DNA from: an uncultured Anaerotignum sp.
Lineage (GTDB): Bacteria > Bacillota > Clostridia > Lachnospirales > Anaerotignaceae
Assembly (NCBI GenBank): GCA_905212195.1
Contig: CAJMDQ010000001.1
Coordinates: 4,940-68,939, forward strand
DNA: 64,000 nt
Reading direction: 5' to 3'
Shown here: positions 49,709 through 61,763 of the stretch, piece after piece
Layout of the letters: every line of letters starts with the position of its first letter
How positions within the stretch are numbered: the stretch's first letter is position 1
The notes under the pieces: model-generated
The model's database searches: none
What the model was told of the DNA's origin: nothing
What the model saw: only the letters and a program-made list of their open reading frames with translations
Program-made: the position numbers and the translations under genes

Positions 49709-51781
49709 ATGAAAAGTTACGCAGCAGATAAGGTGAGAAACGTAGTACTATTGGGTCACAGCGGTTCCGGGAAAACCACTTATGCCGAAGCAGCGCTGTT
49801 CTATTCCGGAGCAACAAAAAGATTCGGGAAAGTGGACGAAGGCAATACCGTTAGTGACTACGATCCAGAAGAAATTCGCCGTAAGGTATCTATCAGTACA
49901 TCCGTACTGCCGGTAGAATGGCAGGATACAAAAATCAACTTCTTGGATACACCTGGTTATTTTGACTTCGTGGCTGAATCCAAACTGGCTATGAGTGTAG
50001 CGGATACAGCCCTGATCATGGTTTCCGCAAAATCCGGCGTAGAAGTTGGTACTGAAAAAGCATGGGAATACACCGAAGAAATGCATCTGCCTCGTATTTT
50101 CTTTGTAAACCAGATGGACGATGAAAATGCGGACTTCGAACGCACACTGGCAGACATGCGTGTGAAATTCGGTAAATCCGTTGCACCTTTGCAGATTCCT
50201 TTCAATGATGCAGATGGCAAATTCGTTGGCTTCATCAATCTGATCAAGAGAGATGCCAGAAAGAAAGTAGACGGCAAACTGCAGCCCTGCGAAATGCCTG
50301 AAGATAAAAAGGACGAAGTAGAAGTTCTGCGTTCCATGTTGGTAGAAGTTGCAGCAGAAAGCAGCGACGAACTCATGGAAAAATTCTTCAACGACATTGA
50401 ACTGACAGAAGAAGAAATCTACGATGGTCTGAAATATGGTATCGAAAACAATACCATCGCGCCTGTAATGTGTGGTTCCGCTACACTGGGCTATGGTGTA
50501 AAACTGCTTCTGAATACCATCGTTCGCTTTACACCTCCCGCAAACGAAGCAAAACCCAACTTCCATGCATTCCACAATGGTGAAAAAGTGGTTTACTGCT
50601 CCACAGACGACGAAAGATTCTCTGCATTTGTATTCAAAACCATCGCAGACCCTTATATCGGCCGTCTGAACCTGTTCAGAGTTATGACTGGTAAACTGGA
50701 CGCTTCCATGAGCGTTTATAACGAAGAAAAAGATACAGTGGAAAAAGTTGGTCACCTGTATGTTATCAGAGGTAAAGAACAGATCGAAGTGGATGAACTC
50801 CATTCCGGCGATATCGGTGCTCTGGCAAAACTGTCCAATACTTCCACACAGGATACACTGTCCTTGAAAGAAGCAAACATCGTTATTCCCAAAATCAGCC
50901 TGCCTGAATCCGTTCTGTGCATGGCAATCCAGCCCAAAGGCAAAGGCGATGAAGACAAACTGTCCGCAGCTCTTTCCAAGATCCGTGAAGAAGATCCTAC
51001 CATCAAGATGGAAGTTAATAAAGAAACAAAACAGACATTGATCTATGGTATCGGCGAACAGCAGCTGGATGTTATGGTCAATAAACTGAAAAACAAATAT
51101 AAGATTGAAGTGGAACTGAAAGATCCTATCATTCCTTATCGTGAAACAATCAAATCCAAAACTTCCGTACGCGGCAGATATAAAAAACAGTCCGGCGGTC
51201 ATGGCCAGTTCGGTGACGTTGTTATGGAATTCGAACCCAGCGGCGATCTGTCTGTACCTTATGTATTCGAAGAAAAAATCTTCGGTGGTTCCGTACCCAA
51301 ACAGTACTTCCCCGCTGTAGAAAAAGGTCTGCAGGAATGCGTACAGTCTGGTGTACTGGCTGGTTACCCTGTAGTAGGTCTGAAAGCAACATTGACAGAT
51401 GGTTCTTACCATCCTGTTGACTCCTCCGAAATGGCATTCAAGATGGCAACATCTGTAGCCTTCAAGGAAGGTATCCCTCAGGCAAAACCGACTATTCTGG
51501 AACCCATTGAACATGTGGAAGTTCTGATTCCTGAAAAATACATGGGCGATATCATGGGCGACATCAACAAACGTCGTGGTCGTATCCTGAGCATGGACGC
51601 TGTTGGCAATAAGAAATGCATCGTTGCAGAAGTTCCTACAGCTGAAATGCACAAATACGCAACAGATCTGCGTTCTCTGACTCAGAGCCGTGGCGATTAC
51701 AGACATCACTTCGAACGTTACGAAGAAGCTCCTATGGAAATCCAGAAGAAAATTATCGCTGCAAGAGCAGAACAGAAATAA
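49709..51781 (+). CDS. Elongation factor G paralogue (EF-G2 type)
   Basis: GHSGSGKTT, DTPGY, KKQSGGHGQF, GSYHPVDSSEMAF; outside the str operon; RKVSI and NQMD variants. Confidence 0.92.
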   Translation: MKSYAADKVRNVVLLGHSGSGKTTYAEAALFYSGATKRFGKVDEGNTVSDYDPEEIRRKVSISTSVLPVEWQDTKINFLDTPGYFDFVAESKLAMSVADTALIMVSAKSGVEVGTEKAWEYTEEMHLPRIFFVNQMDDENADFERTLADMRVKFGKSVAPLQIPFNDADGKFVGFINLIKRDARKKVDGKLQPCEMPEDKKDEVEVLRSMLVEVAAESSDELMEKFFNDIELTEEEIYDGLKYGIENNTIAPVMCGSATLGYGVKLLLNTIVRFTPPANEAKPNFHAFHNGEKVVYCSTDDERFSAFVFKTIADPYIGRLNLFRVMTGKLDASMSVYNEEKDTVEKVGHLYVIRGKEQIEVDELHSGDIGALAKLSNTSTQDTLSLKEANIVIPKISLPESVLCMAIQPKGKGDEDKLSAALSKIREEDPTIKMEVNKETKQTLIYGIGEQQLDVMVNKLKNKYKIEVELKDPIIPYRETIKSKTSVRGRYKKQSGGHGQFGDVVMEFEPSGDLSVPYVFEEKIFGGSVPKQYFPAVEKGLQECVQSGVLAGYPVVGLKATLTDGSYHPVDSSEMAFKMATSVAFKEGIPQAKPTILEPIEHVEVLIPEKYMGDIMGDINKRRGRILSMDAVGNKKCIVAEVPTAEMHKYATDLRSLTQSRGDYRHHFERYEEAPMEIQKKIIAARAEQK

Positions 51782-51794
51782 GAACATTGCAAAT

Positions 51795-52015
51795 AGGATA
51801 ACTTTATGATATTCTCAATGAGAGAAAATCCGAAATCAAGTGTCCAAAACGGTTCCCAATAAACGGTGGACACATACTATGAAAATGAACAACGGTAGTT
51901 AGGAAAAGGCGGGTTTCAAGGTATTTGCTCCATGGAATCCGCCGATTCCGTATCCGTTGTTCAGAAACAGGGATTTTCGCATTATGAAAGGACATCATTT
52001 GGTTATCCTGTTTTT
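51795..52015 (+). ncRNA. Candidate structured RNA / cis-leader upstream of trxB
   Basis: Four nested stems of 7-10 bp with G-U pairs favouring the + strand; TTGCAA-17-TATTCT promoter with extended TG at 51787-51815. Confidence 0.5.
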
Positions 52016-52034
52016 ATATGAAGGAGGAATGCTT

Positions 52035-52904
52035 GTGTTAGACGTAGCAATCATCGGCGGCGGCCCTGCTGCTTTATCAGCGGCATTGAACTGCCGTCAA
52101 AGAAATAAAACCGTAACAATTTTCGGCAGAAGTCTGGACAGCTCTCTGCTCTTTGCAGCAGAAAAGGTGGACAACTATCTGGGTCTGCCGGATATGGCTG
52201 GGGAAGAACTGCTGAATACGTTCTATGCTCATGCCATGAAAAACGGCGTAGAATTCAAAGAAGCCCGTATCAGTCAGATCATGTCTATGGGTGACTACTA
52301 TATGATTAATGCGGAAAATGAATTCATTCAGGCGAAAGCCATCATTTTGGCAACAGGTCTGAGCAAAAGCAAAGGCATTGCCGGAGAAATGGAATATCTG
52401 GGCAAAGGCGTCAGCTACTGCGCAACTTGTGACGGTATGCTCTATCGTGGCAAAAAAGTCGTTGTAGTAGCGGAAAATGAAGAGGGGGAAGCAGAAGCAA
52501 ACTTCCTGGCGGATATCTGTGCGGAAGTGCTGTATGTACCTCTGTATCAGCCCGTTCTGTCCTTGAAGGATAATGTAAAAGTCGTCAATGGCAAACCCAA
52601 AGCCGTTTTGGGAGAAAATGACCGTGTGACAGGTCTGGAACTGGCAGACGAAACACTGGGCTGTGATGGTATTTTCTTTGCGAAAAACTCCATGCCTCCT
52701 GAAAGTCTGCTCTTTGGTCTGGAAACAGAAGGTAAAAACATTGTGGTAAATCGTAAAATGGAAACAAACCTGCCTCGTGTTTATGCGGCAGGGGACTGCA
52801 CAGGCGCGCCTTATCAGATTGCAAAGGCTGTTGGGGAAGGTCTGGTAGCGGCTCTTTCCGCAGCGGCAGCCATCGACCAGCTGGATAGAGAACAGCAGAA
52901 ATAA
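52035..52904 (+). CDS. trxB: Thioredoxin reductase-like FAD oxidoreductase
   Basis: GGGPA, NYLG, GVSYCATCDG, YAAGD; AGGAGG before GTG 52035. Confidence 0.88.
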   Translation: MLDVAIIGGGPAALSAALNCRQRNKTVTIFGRSLDSSLLFAAEKVDNYLGLPDMAGEELLNTFYAHAMKNGVEFKEARISQIMSMGDYYMINAENEFIQAKAIILATGLSKSKGIAGEMEYLGKGVSYCATCDGMLYRGKKVVVVAENEEGEAEANFLADICAEVLYVPLYQPVLSLKDNVKVVNGKPKAVLGENDRVTGLELADETLGCDGIFFAKNSMPPESLLFGLETEGKNIVVNRKMETNLPRVYAAGDCTGAPYQIAKAVGEGLVAALSAAAAIDQLDREQQK

Positions 52905-53099
52905 AATAAAATTTTCTTAAAATTATCTCATTTTTTGCAAAAACGAAGCAAATGAAAGAAAACCGGAGAAATCGAGAGTAAAAATTAGTTTTTTTCTTGA
53001 ATTTCTTCGGTTTTTTCTGTATATTCCGAAATATTTGAGAATAACATCTTATATGGGATTTGAATATTCCTGGGAAAATAGCTAATATAGTATCAGAAA

Positions 53100-53126
53100 T
53101 TAGCACTCGATAAAAATGAGTGCTAA
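53100..53126 (+). promoter_or_regulatory. CIRCE operator (HrcA)
   Basis: TTAGCACTC-N9-GAGTGCTAA, downstream of TTGAAT-17-TAATAT at 53060-53088. Confidence 0.97.
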
Positions 53127-53154
53127 CAACAAGAATACAAGGAGGCAGAATAAT

Positions 53155-53442
53155 ATGAAACTTGCACCATTAGGAGATAAAGTTGTATTGAAACAGTTAG
53201 AAGCAGAAGAAACCACAAAATCCGGTTTGATTCTGACTTCTTCTTCTCAGGAAAAACCCCAGGAAGCTATCGTTGTGGCTGTAGGCCCCGGCGGACTGGT
53301 TGGCGATGTAAATGTAGAAATGGTTCTGAAAGAAGGCGACCATGTTATCTTCCCTAGATACGGCGCTACTCAGATCAAATTTGAAGGTGAAGAATACCTG
53401 GTAATGCGTCAGAATGACATTCTGGCAATCGTAAAAGACTGA
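53155..53442 (+). CDS. groES: Co-chaperonin GroES
   Basis: PLGDKV, TKSGLIL, VAVGPG, DILA; GGAGG RBS. Confidence 0.97.
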   Translation: MKLAPLGDKVVLKQLEAEETTKSGLILTSSSQEKPQEAIVVAVGPGGLVGDVNVEMVLKEGDHVIFPRYGATQIKFEGEEYLVMRQNDILAIVKD

Positions 53443-53465
53443 TTTTAAAACTTCTCAATATTTAG

Positions 53466-55112
<1,647 letters not shown>

Positions 55113-55164
55113 GCCGAAATCCCTTTCATGCCTTGGGGCAGGGTTCCCGATGATGGACTGTGGA

Positions 55165-55671
55165 TTACAAAAAGTAGTTCGTAGACATATTCAGAAATCT
55201 GCTCCATCTGTGGTATTCAAAATAACAAAGAAGCTGTTCCGCATTGTGCGGGACAGCTTCTTTTTGTGTAGAAATGATTGTTCCATCCTCAAAAAGGATT
55301 TCCACATTGTCCATGGTTCTATCGATTGCGATGTCTTTGATATCTAAGGAAGAACTTGATCCGGCATACTTAAATCTGATGAATTGTGCATCATCACTGA
55401 GCCATCCAATCATTGCATTGGTATCATCGTAATAAGAGCGAGGATACCATTCTATTTTGAAGTCACCAACATAGGTGGCTTCTTCTGTGAATAGCTTATT
55501 TTTGATGGACCCATCTATGGAAATAGACGTTTCATGGATTCCATCGTTGACAGTATAAACAACTGCTTTCAGTTCTTTGGTTATGGGAATGGGGCGCTGC
55601 AATATATAAATAATGGCTAAAATGATACATATACCGACAATCATAGACCCTTTTCTTTTTTTCATCATCAT
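55165..55671 (-). CDS. AT-rich hypothetical membrane-anchored protein
   Basis: KKRK plus one TM segment at N-terminus; AGGGG RBS; 3' end runs through the groEL terminator. Confidence 0.6.
   Translation of the reverse strand: MMMKKRKGSMIVGICIILAIIYILQRPIPITKELKAVVYTVNDGIHETSISIDGSIKNKLFTEEATYVGDFKIEWYPRSYYDDTNAMIGWLSDDAQFIRFKYAGSSSSLDIKDIAIDRTMDNVEILFEDGTIISTQKEAVPHNAEQLLCYFEYHRWSRFLNMSTNYFL
55227..55265 (+). terminator. Terminator after groEL (probably bidirectional)
   Basis: AAAGAAGCTGTTCCGCA-TTG-TGCGGGACAGCTTCTTTTT. Confidence 0.85.
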
Positions 55672-55990
55672 GAGATGCCCCCTTTTTGTCGTTGATAGCA
55701 CTTCCTTTAATACAATTTTACCATTTTTAAAATGCTCCTTCCAGCTGGCTTACGAAAAACAGCCAATAAATTTTTGGCAGTGAAGCAGTTTTGGTTTTTG
55801 GGGGACAACTTACCTTTTTATGAATTTGGAGGAAGAAACATCTTCTATGTTTCTTTTTTTGTGCAATCGTCTTTTTTGCACAAGGGGAAGGCTGTTGTTT
55901 TGGCTGGTTTTGTGTGGTCTGTTTTTTCGGATTGTGCTATACTATACCATAGCGAAATATTGATTTGAATACATAAAAGGGAGTGCAGAT

Positions 55991-57040
55991 ATGCAGAGAA
56001 CGGAAACAAGAACCGTACAGGTTGGCAATTTGAAATTGGGCGGCGGCAACCCTGTTGTCATCCAGTCCATGTGTAATACAGATACCAGAGATGTGGCAGC
56101 GACTGTGGCGCAGATTCATGCGCTGGAAGCGGCTGGCTGTGAACTGGTGCGTGTGGCAGTGCCTGATATGAAAGCGGCAGATGCCATCGGCGAAATCAAA
56201 AAACAGATTCATATTCCTCTGGTGGCAGACATTCATTTCGATTATCGTCTGGCATTGCGTGTCATGGAACTGGGCATTGACAAAGTTCGTATCAACCCCG
56301 GCAACATCGGCGATGAAGACCGCATCCGTCAGGTGGTGGAAATGGCGAAAGAAAAACATATCCCCATCCGTATTGGTGTAAACAGCGGCTCTCTGGAAAA
56401 AGAACTGGTGGAAAAATACGGCGGCGTAACTCCTCAGGGCTTGGTAGAAAGTGCCTTGAAACATGTAAAAATTCTGGAAAAATACGATTTCCATGATATT
56501 GTTGTTTCCATCAAGGCTTCTGATGTGCCTTTCTCTCTGGAAGCTTATCGGATTCTGTCCGAAAGCATTCCTTATCCCATCCATGTGGGTATTACAGAAG
56601 CGGGAACCGTTTATATCGGTACTATCAAATCCGCAGTAGGTATTGGCGCTATTCTGGCAATGGGCATTGGCGATACCATTCGTGTATCTTTGACTGGTGA
56701 CCCTGTGGAAGAAGTGCGTGCAGCAAAAGAAATTCTGAAATGTCTGGGTCTGCGGAAATTTGGTATTGAACTGATTTCCTGCCCTACTTGCGGCAGAACA
56801 CAGATTGACCTGATTTCCATTGCCAATGAAGTGGAAAAACGTTGTGCTTCCATCAAAAAGGACATCAAAGTGGCTGTTATGGGCTGCGTGGTAAATGGCC
56901 CCGGCGAAGCGAAAGAAGCAGATATCGGTATTGCTGGCGGTAATGGCGTTGGCATCCTGTTCAAAAAAGGTGAACTTATCCGCAAAGTGGATGAAAGCCA
57001 GCTGGTAGACGCTTTGATGGAAGAAATTGATAAACTGTGA
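55991..57040 (+). CDS. ispG: HMBPP synthase
   Basis: [42 protein letters not shown]. Confidence 0.97.
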   Translation: MQRTETRTVQVGNLKLGGGNPVVIQSMCNTDTRDVAATVAQIHALEAAGCELVRVAVPDMKAADAIGEIKKQIHIPLVADIHFDYRLALRVMELGIDKVRINPGNIGDEDRIRQVVEMAKEKHIPIRIGVNSGSLEKELVEKYGGVTPQGLVESALKHVKILEKYDFHDIVVSIKASDVPFSLEAYRILSESIPYPIHVGITEAGTVYIGTIKSAVGIGAILAMGIGDTIRVSLTGDPVEEVRAAKEILKCLGLRKFGIELISCPTCGRTQIDLISIANEVEKRCASIKKDIKVAVMGCVVNGPGEAKEADIGIAGGNGVGILFKKGELIRKVDESQLVDALMEEIDKL

Positions 57041-57070
57041 TTTGGAAAATAATCGGAAAGGAGGGGCGAT

Positions 57071-60000
57071 ATGACAGCGAAAAAATTTCCGCTGGTATTT
57101 GATAAGGTTTCTCTTTCCGCCCCTTTGCAGGAAGTGTTTCGGGAAACGACAGTACTTTCTTTGACTATTCACCGGAAGGAGCGGGAAATTGTAACAGAGA
57201 TTGCGGCAGATGAAGTCATTCCGCCTTTGTACTGGGAAAAACTGCGGAAAGAAATGATGCAGCAGCTTCCCGGTGTGAAAGAAGTGCATATTTTCCCCAA
57301 ATATCAGTTGATGGATAAAGAACCCAAGGCGGTTCTGACGGATTTCTGGGATACCATCCGCAGTCATGTGGCTTCTCAGAGTAAGGTTTGCAGCGGTGTC
57401 ATTTCCGATGCGGACTGGGATTATCAGGATGGCAAGATGCAGATTTTTGTAAAGCATAACATGGCTTACTATCTGTCCCAGAAAAAACTGGATGATGCTG
57501 TGGCAAAGCTGGTGCAGGAAGAAACAGGACTGGCTATGTCTGTGCAGTTCAAAAACGTGCAGAGCAGTGAGGAAGACCGTGCCCGTATGGAACAGGAACA
57601 GCGGACAAAAACAGAGGAACTCCTCCAACAGATTGCTTCTGCCACACAGGCGGCGGAGCAAGCGAAAGTTTCCGCAGAAGTTGGGGCAGTCAGCGAAGCT
57701 GTTTCCAGAGGCATCCTCTTTGGCAAAGAATTTACTGGTACCCCTGTGAAAATTGTGGATACGAAAATTCCCGGAGAATCTGTCATTGTGGAAGGGAACA
57801 TTTTCAATATCGAACCTAGAGAAATCAAAGGGGAAAAATACATTGTTTCCTTTGATATTACAGATAAGTCTGATTCCACAACGGTAAAATTCTTTGTAAA
57901 ACGGTCTGTTTTCGACAACGAACTGAAAGATAAAATCAAAAAAGACGCTTACCTTCGTGTGCAGGGGGAAGTGCAGTTTGATAAATATGCCAAGGAAATC
58001 AACATCATGGCGAAAGCCATCATGACGGCACAGGCACCTCCGCCGCGTATGGATACAGCAGAAGAAAAACGCGTGGAACTCCATCTTCATACCCAGATGA
58101 GCAGTATGGACGGCGTAACACCTGTAAAAACTTATATCAAACGCGCCATTGATTGGGGACATAAAGCCATTGCTATCACAGACCATGGTGTGGTACAGGC
58201 CTTCCCCGATGCCATGAATGCGGCAGATAAATCTGATTTGAAAGTCATTTATGGCGTAGAAGCCTATCTCATTGATGACTTGGGCAATGCGGTATTCTCT
58301 CCCAGAGGGCAGAATCTGGACGATACCTATGTGGTATTCGATATCGAAACCACTGGTCTTTCTAAGGAAAAAGAAATGATTACGGAAATTGGTGCCGTAA
58401 AGGTGGCAGACGGGAAAATCGTTGACCGTTTCAGTACTTTTGTCAATCCCCAGCGTCCCATTTCTGCGGAAATCACAAAACTGACAGGCATTACCGACGA
58501 TATGGTGAAAGACGCGCCTACCATCGAAAATGTTCTGCCGGAATTCCTGAAATTCTGCGAAGATACAGTATTGGTAGCGCACAATGCTTCTTTTGATACT
58601 GGCTTTATCCGTATTGCGGCAGAAAGAGCCGGTCTGGGAGAACTGCATCATACCATTGTGGATACTTTGGAACTGGCAAGAGCATTGCTGCCGGAACTGA
58701 ATAAACACAAATTGGATATTGTTTGTGAACATTTGGGCGTGACCCTCAACGGACACCATCGTGCCGTCAACGACGCGGAAGCAACGGCAGAAGTATTCAT
58801 CAAGTTTTTGGATATGCTGGCAGAAAAGAAAGTTTTCACTCTGGATGAAATCAATGTCCTTGCCAGCCGTACTGTAAACTATAAAAAACTCCGCGCTTAC
58901 CATGCCATCATTCTGGTGAAGAACTATACTGGTCTGCGAAATCTCTATGAACTGGTTTCCATGGCCCATATTGATTATTTCTTCCGTCGTCCCAGAATTC
59001 CCAAAAGCAAATTCATGCAGATGCGGGAAGGGCTGATTCTGGGTAGTGCCTGCGAAGCAGGGGAATTGTACCGTGCCCTTTTGGACGGCGAACCGAAACA
59101 GCGCATCGAAGAACTGGTACATTTCTATGATTATCTGGAAATCCAGCCTTTGGGCAACAATAAATTTATGATTGATTCTCCCAGAGTGGAAAATATCCAT
59201 TCCATGGAAGATATCAAAAACATGAATCGAAAGATTGTAGAACTGGGTGAAACTTACGGAAAACCTGTTGTGGCAACATGTGACGTGCATTTCATAGACC
59301 CAGATGACGCGGCATACCGTAAAATTATCATGGCAGCGGAAGGTTTCCCTGACGCGGACAACCAGCCGCCCTTGTATTTCAGAACAACAGATGAAATGCT
59401 GGCGGAATTTGACTATCTGGGAGAGGAAAAAGCAAGAGAGGTTGTCATTACCAACACCAATCTCATTGCAGACCAGATTGAGAAGATTAAACCCATTCCA
59501 GACGAAACATTCCCTCCTAAAATCGAGGGCGCCGATGAACAGCTGCGACAGATTTGCATGGATAAGGCACATTCCATTTATGGTGACCCTTTGCCGCCAT
59601 TGGTACAGGAGCGTTTGGAAACAGAACTGAACTCTATCATCAGCAACGGTTATGCGGTGCTTTATATCATTGCGCAGAAACTGGTATGGAAATCTGTGGC
59701 TGACGGCTATCTGGTTGGTTCCCGTGGTTCCGTAGGTTCTTCCTTTGCGGCAAATATGGCAGGGATTACGGAAGTAAATTCTTTGCCGCCCCATTATGTT
59801 TGCCCCAATTGTAAATATTCCGACTTTGATTCGGATTTGGTGAAATCTTACGCCATGGAAGAAGCCAGCGGATGTGACATGCCTGATATGAACTGCCCCA
59901 AATGCGGCACACTCATGCATAAGGATGGGCATGATATTCCATTCCAGACATTCCTTGGATTTGAAGGGGATAAAGAACCGGATATCGACCTGAACTTTTC

Positions 60001-61402
60001 CGGGGAATATCAGCAGACAGCACATGCCTATACAGAAGAATTGTTCGGCGTAGGGCATGTGTTCAAAGCGGGTACCATTGGTACTTTGGCAGATAAAACG
60101 GCTTATGGTTTTGTGAAAAAATATTTTGATGAACGGGAAATCACTGCCCATAATGCGGAGATTACCCGTTTGATGAATGGATGTACTGGGGTCAAGCGTA
60201 CCACAGGTCAGCATCCCGGCGGTCTGATGGTTGTACCCAGTGACCATAATATCTATGAATTCTGCCCCATTCAGCGGCCGGCAAACGATGTGAATTCCAC
60301 AGTCACAACCACACATTTTGACTATCATTCCATCAGTGGTCGTTTGCTGAAGCTGGACCTGCTGGGGCACGACGATCCCACCGTCATTCGTATGCTTTAT
60401 GACTTGACGGGCGTCAATCCCCAGACCGTACCTCTGGGCGATCCGGCAACCATGTCCCTTTTTGAATCCCCGGCGGCGTTGGGGGTTACAGCGGAGGAAA
60501 TCGGCTGTGAAACAGGGACTTTGGGTATCCCTGAATTTGGTACAAAATTCGTACGTGGCATGCTGTTGGATACAAAACCGAAAACATTTGCGGACTTGCT
60601 TCGTATTTCCGGTCTGTCCCATGGTACGGACGTATGGCTGGGCAATGCACAGACCCTTATCGAAAACGGCACCATCACCTTGAAAGAAACCATCTCCACT
60701 CGTGACAGTATTATGATTTACCTGATCAATAAAGGTGTGGATAAGAAGAAATCTTTTAAGATCATGGAGAAAGTCAGAAAAGGGAAAGGGCTCACCGATG
60801 AGGACATTGCAGATATGAAAGCGGCAAATGTACCGGATTGGTATATCGAATCCTGCCAGAAGATCAAGTATATGTTCCCCAAAGCCCATGCGGCGGCATA
60901 TGTGATGATGGCGTTCCGTATTGCTTATTTCAAAATCAATTATCCCGAAGCATACTATGCGACATATTTTACTGTTCGTGCCTGCGACGACTTTGACTAT
61001 AGCTGTATGTGCAAGGGCATGGATGTTGCGAAAGCAGCTATGCGGGAAATCCATGCAAAAGGTATGGAAGCAACGGCGAAAGATAAGGCAAAAATGACGG
61101 TTTTGGAATTGATCGTGGAATTTTATGCCCGCGGTTTCAAATTCCTGCCCATTGACCTGTATAAATCTGACTCCAGAAAATTCATTGTGACAGAGGAAGG
61201 GCTGATTCCGCCTTTCAACTCTTTGCAGGGACTGGGTACCAATGCGGCACAAAGCATTGTAGACGGCAGAGCGGCAGGAGAATTCCATACCATTGAGGAA
61301 CTGAAAGAACGCACTTCTCTGGGACGTTCCCTCATTGATTTGCTGAAAGAAAACGGCGTATTGAACGGCATTCCTGAAACCAATCAGCTGAGCCTGTTCT
61401 AA
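57071..61402 (+). CDS. polC: DNA polymerase III PolC
   Basis: OB domain, PHP ELHLHT/TDHG, exonuclease DIETTG/AHNASFD, SRGSVGSS, PDIDLNF, HAAAY; normal length, no intein seen. Confidence 0.97.
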   Translation: MTAKKFPLVFDKVSLSAPLQEVFRETTVLSLTIHRKEREIVTEIAADEVIPPLYWEKLRKEMMQQLPGVKEVHIFPKYQLMDKEPKAVLTDFWDTIRSHVASQSKVCSGVISDADWDYQDGKMQIFVKHNMAYYLSQKKLDDAVAKLVQEETGLAMSVQFKNVQSSEEDRARMEQEQRTKTEELLQQIASATQAAEQAKVSAEVGAVSEAVSRGILFGKEFTGTPVKIVDTKIPGESVIVEGNIFNIEPREIKGEKYIVSFDITDKSDSTTVKFFVKRSVFDNELKDKIKKDAYLRVQGEVQFDKYAKEINIMAKAIMTAQAPPPRMDTAEEKRVELHLHTQMSSMDGVTPVKTYIKRAIDWGHKAIAITDHGVVQAFPDAMNAADKSDLKVIYGVEAYLIDDLGNAVFSPRGQNLDDTYVVFDIETTGLSKEKEMITEIGAVKVADGKIVDRFSTFVNPQRPISAEITKLTGITDDMVKDAPTIENVLPEFLKFCEDTVLVAHNASFDTGFIRIAAERAGLGELHHTIVDTLELARALLPELNKHKLDIVCEHLGVTLNGHHRAVNDAEATAEVFIKFLDMLAEKKVFTLDEINVLASRTVNYKKLRAYHAIILVKNYTGLRNLYELVSMAHIDYFFRRPRIPKSKFMQMREGLILGSACEAGELYRALLDGEPKQRIEELVHFYDYLEIQPLGNNKFMIDSPRVENIHSMEDIKNMNRKIVELGETYGKPVVATCDVHFIDPDDAAYRKIIMAAEGFPDADNQPPLYFRTTDEMLAEFDYLGEEKAREVVITNTNLIADQIEKIKPIPDETFPPKIEGADEQLRQICMDKAHSIYGDPLPPLVQERLETELNSIISNGYAVLYIIAQKLVWKSVADGYLVGSRGSVGSSFAANMAGITEVNSLPPHYVCPNCKYSDFDSDLVKSYAMEEASGCDMPDMNCPKCGTLMHKDGHDIPFQTFLGFEGDKEPDIDLNFSGEYQQTAHAYTEELFGVGHVFKAGTIGTLADKTAYGFVKKYFDEREITAHNAEITRLMNGCTGVKRTTGQHPGGLMVVPSDHNIYEFCPIQRPANDVNSTVTTTHFDYHSISGRLLKLDLLGHDDPTVIRMLYDLTGVNPQTVPLGDPATMSLFESPAALGVTAEEIGCETGTLGIPEFGTKFVRGMLLDTKPKTFADLLRISGLSHGTDVWLGNAQTLIENGTITLKETISTRDSIMIYLINKGVDKKKSFKIMEKVRKGKGLTDEDIADMKAANVPDWYIESCQKIKYMFPKAHAAAYVMMAFRIAYFKINYPEAYYATYFTVRACDDFDYSCMCKGMDVAKAAMREIHAKGMEATAKDKAKMTVLELIVEFYARGFKFLPIDLYKSDSRKFIVTEEGLIPPFNSLQGLGTNAAQSIVDGRAAGEFHTIEELKERTSLGRSLIDLLKENGVLNGIPETNQLSLF

Positions 61403-61415
61403 AGGGGGGCATTTT

Positions 61416-61634
61416 ATGAACTGTCCGAAATGCGGAAAAGAACTGGAAAAAGGCTGGATTAACAGCGCAAGAGAAGTGATTTATACCCGAGCACTGAAAA
61501 AGATGTTTATCACAGCTTCTAAAATCGGCGATATTTCTTTGACGACACATAATATGACAGGCCCAAGATGCGAAGCCTATGTGTGTCGGGATTGTCGTTG
61601 GGTCATTGTGCCCTATGAGGAAGAAAATCAATAA
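61416..61634 (+). CDS. Small zinc-ribbon protein
   Basis: CPKCG ... CRDC; GGGGG RBS. Confidence 0.75.
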   Translation: MNCPKCGKELEKGWINSAREVIYTRALKKMFITASKIGDISLTTHNMTGPRCEAYVCRDCRWVIVPYEEENQ

Positions 61635-61763
61635 TTATAAAGAAAAAGCGGCATTTCTTACAAGAAACGTAAGATTGCCGCTTTTTGATTGTATTTTTTA
61701 AAAAACTTCGATATGCTGGAAAAAAGGGGATTTTTGGTAATTTGCAAGAACGGGGGGATAGCT

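Noticed and set aside
51795..52010. 6S RNA or cobalamin/lysine riboswitch identity for the structured region
   Set aside because: Three-way junction rather than a rod with central bubble, and hallmark conserved boxes were not recognised; not formally excluded without cmscan
53116..53154. Longer GroES start from the ORF track
   Set aside because: That ATG lies inside CIRCE; the GGAGG RBS supports 53155
55937..61288. 1783-aa antisense ORF over ispG-polC
   Set aside because: Shadow frame caused by codon bias of the sense genes; F/H/Q-rich with no recognisable motifs
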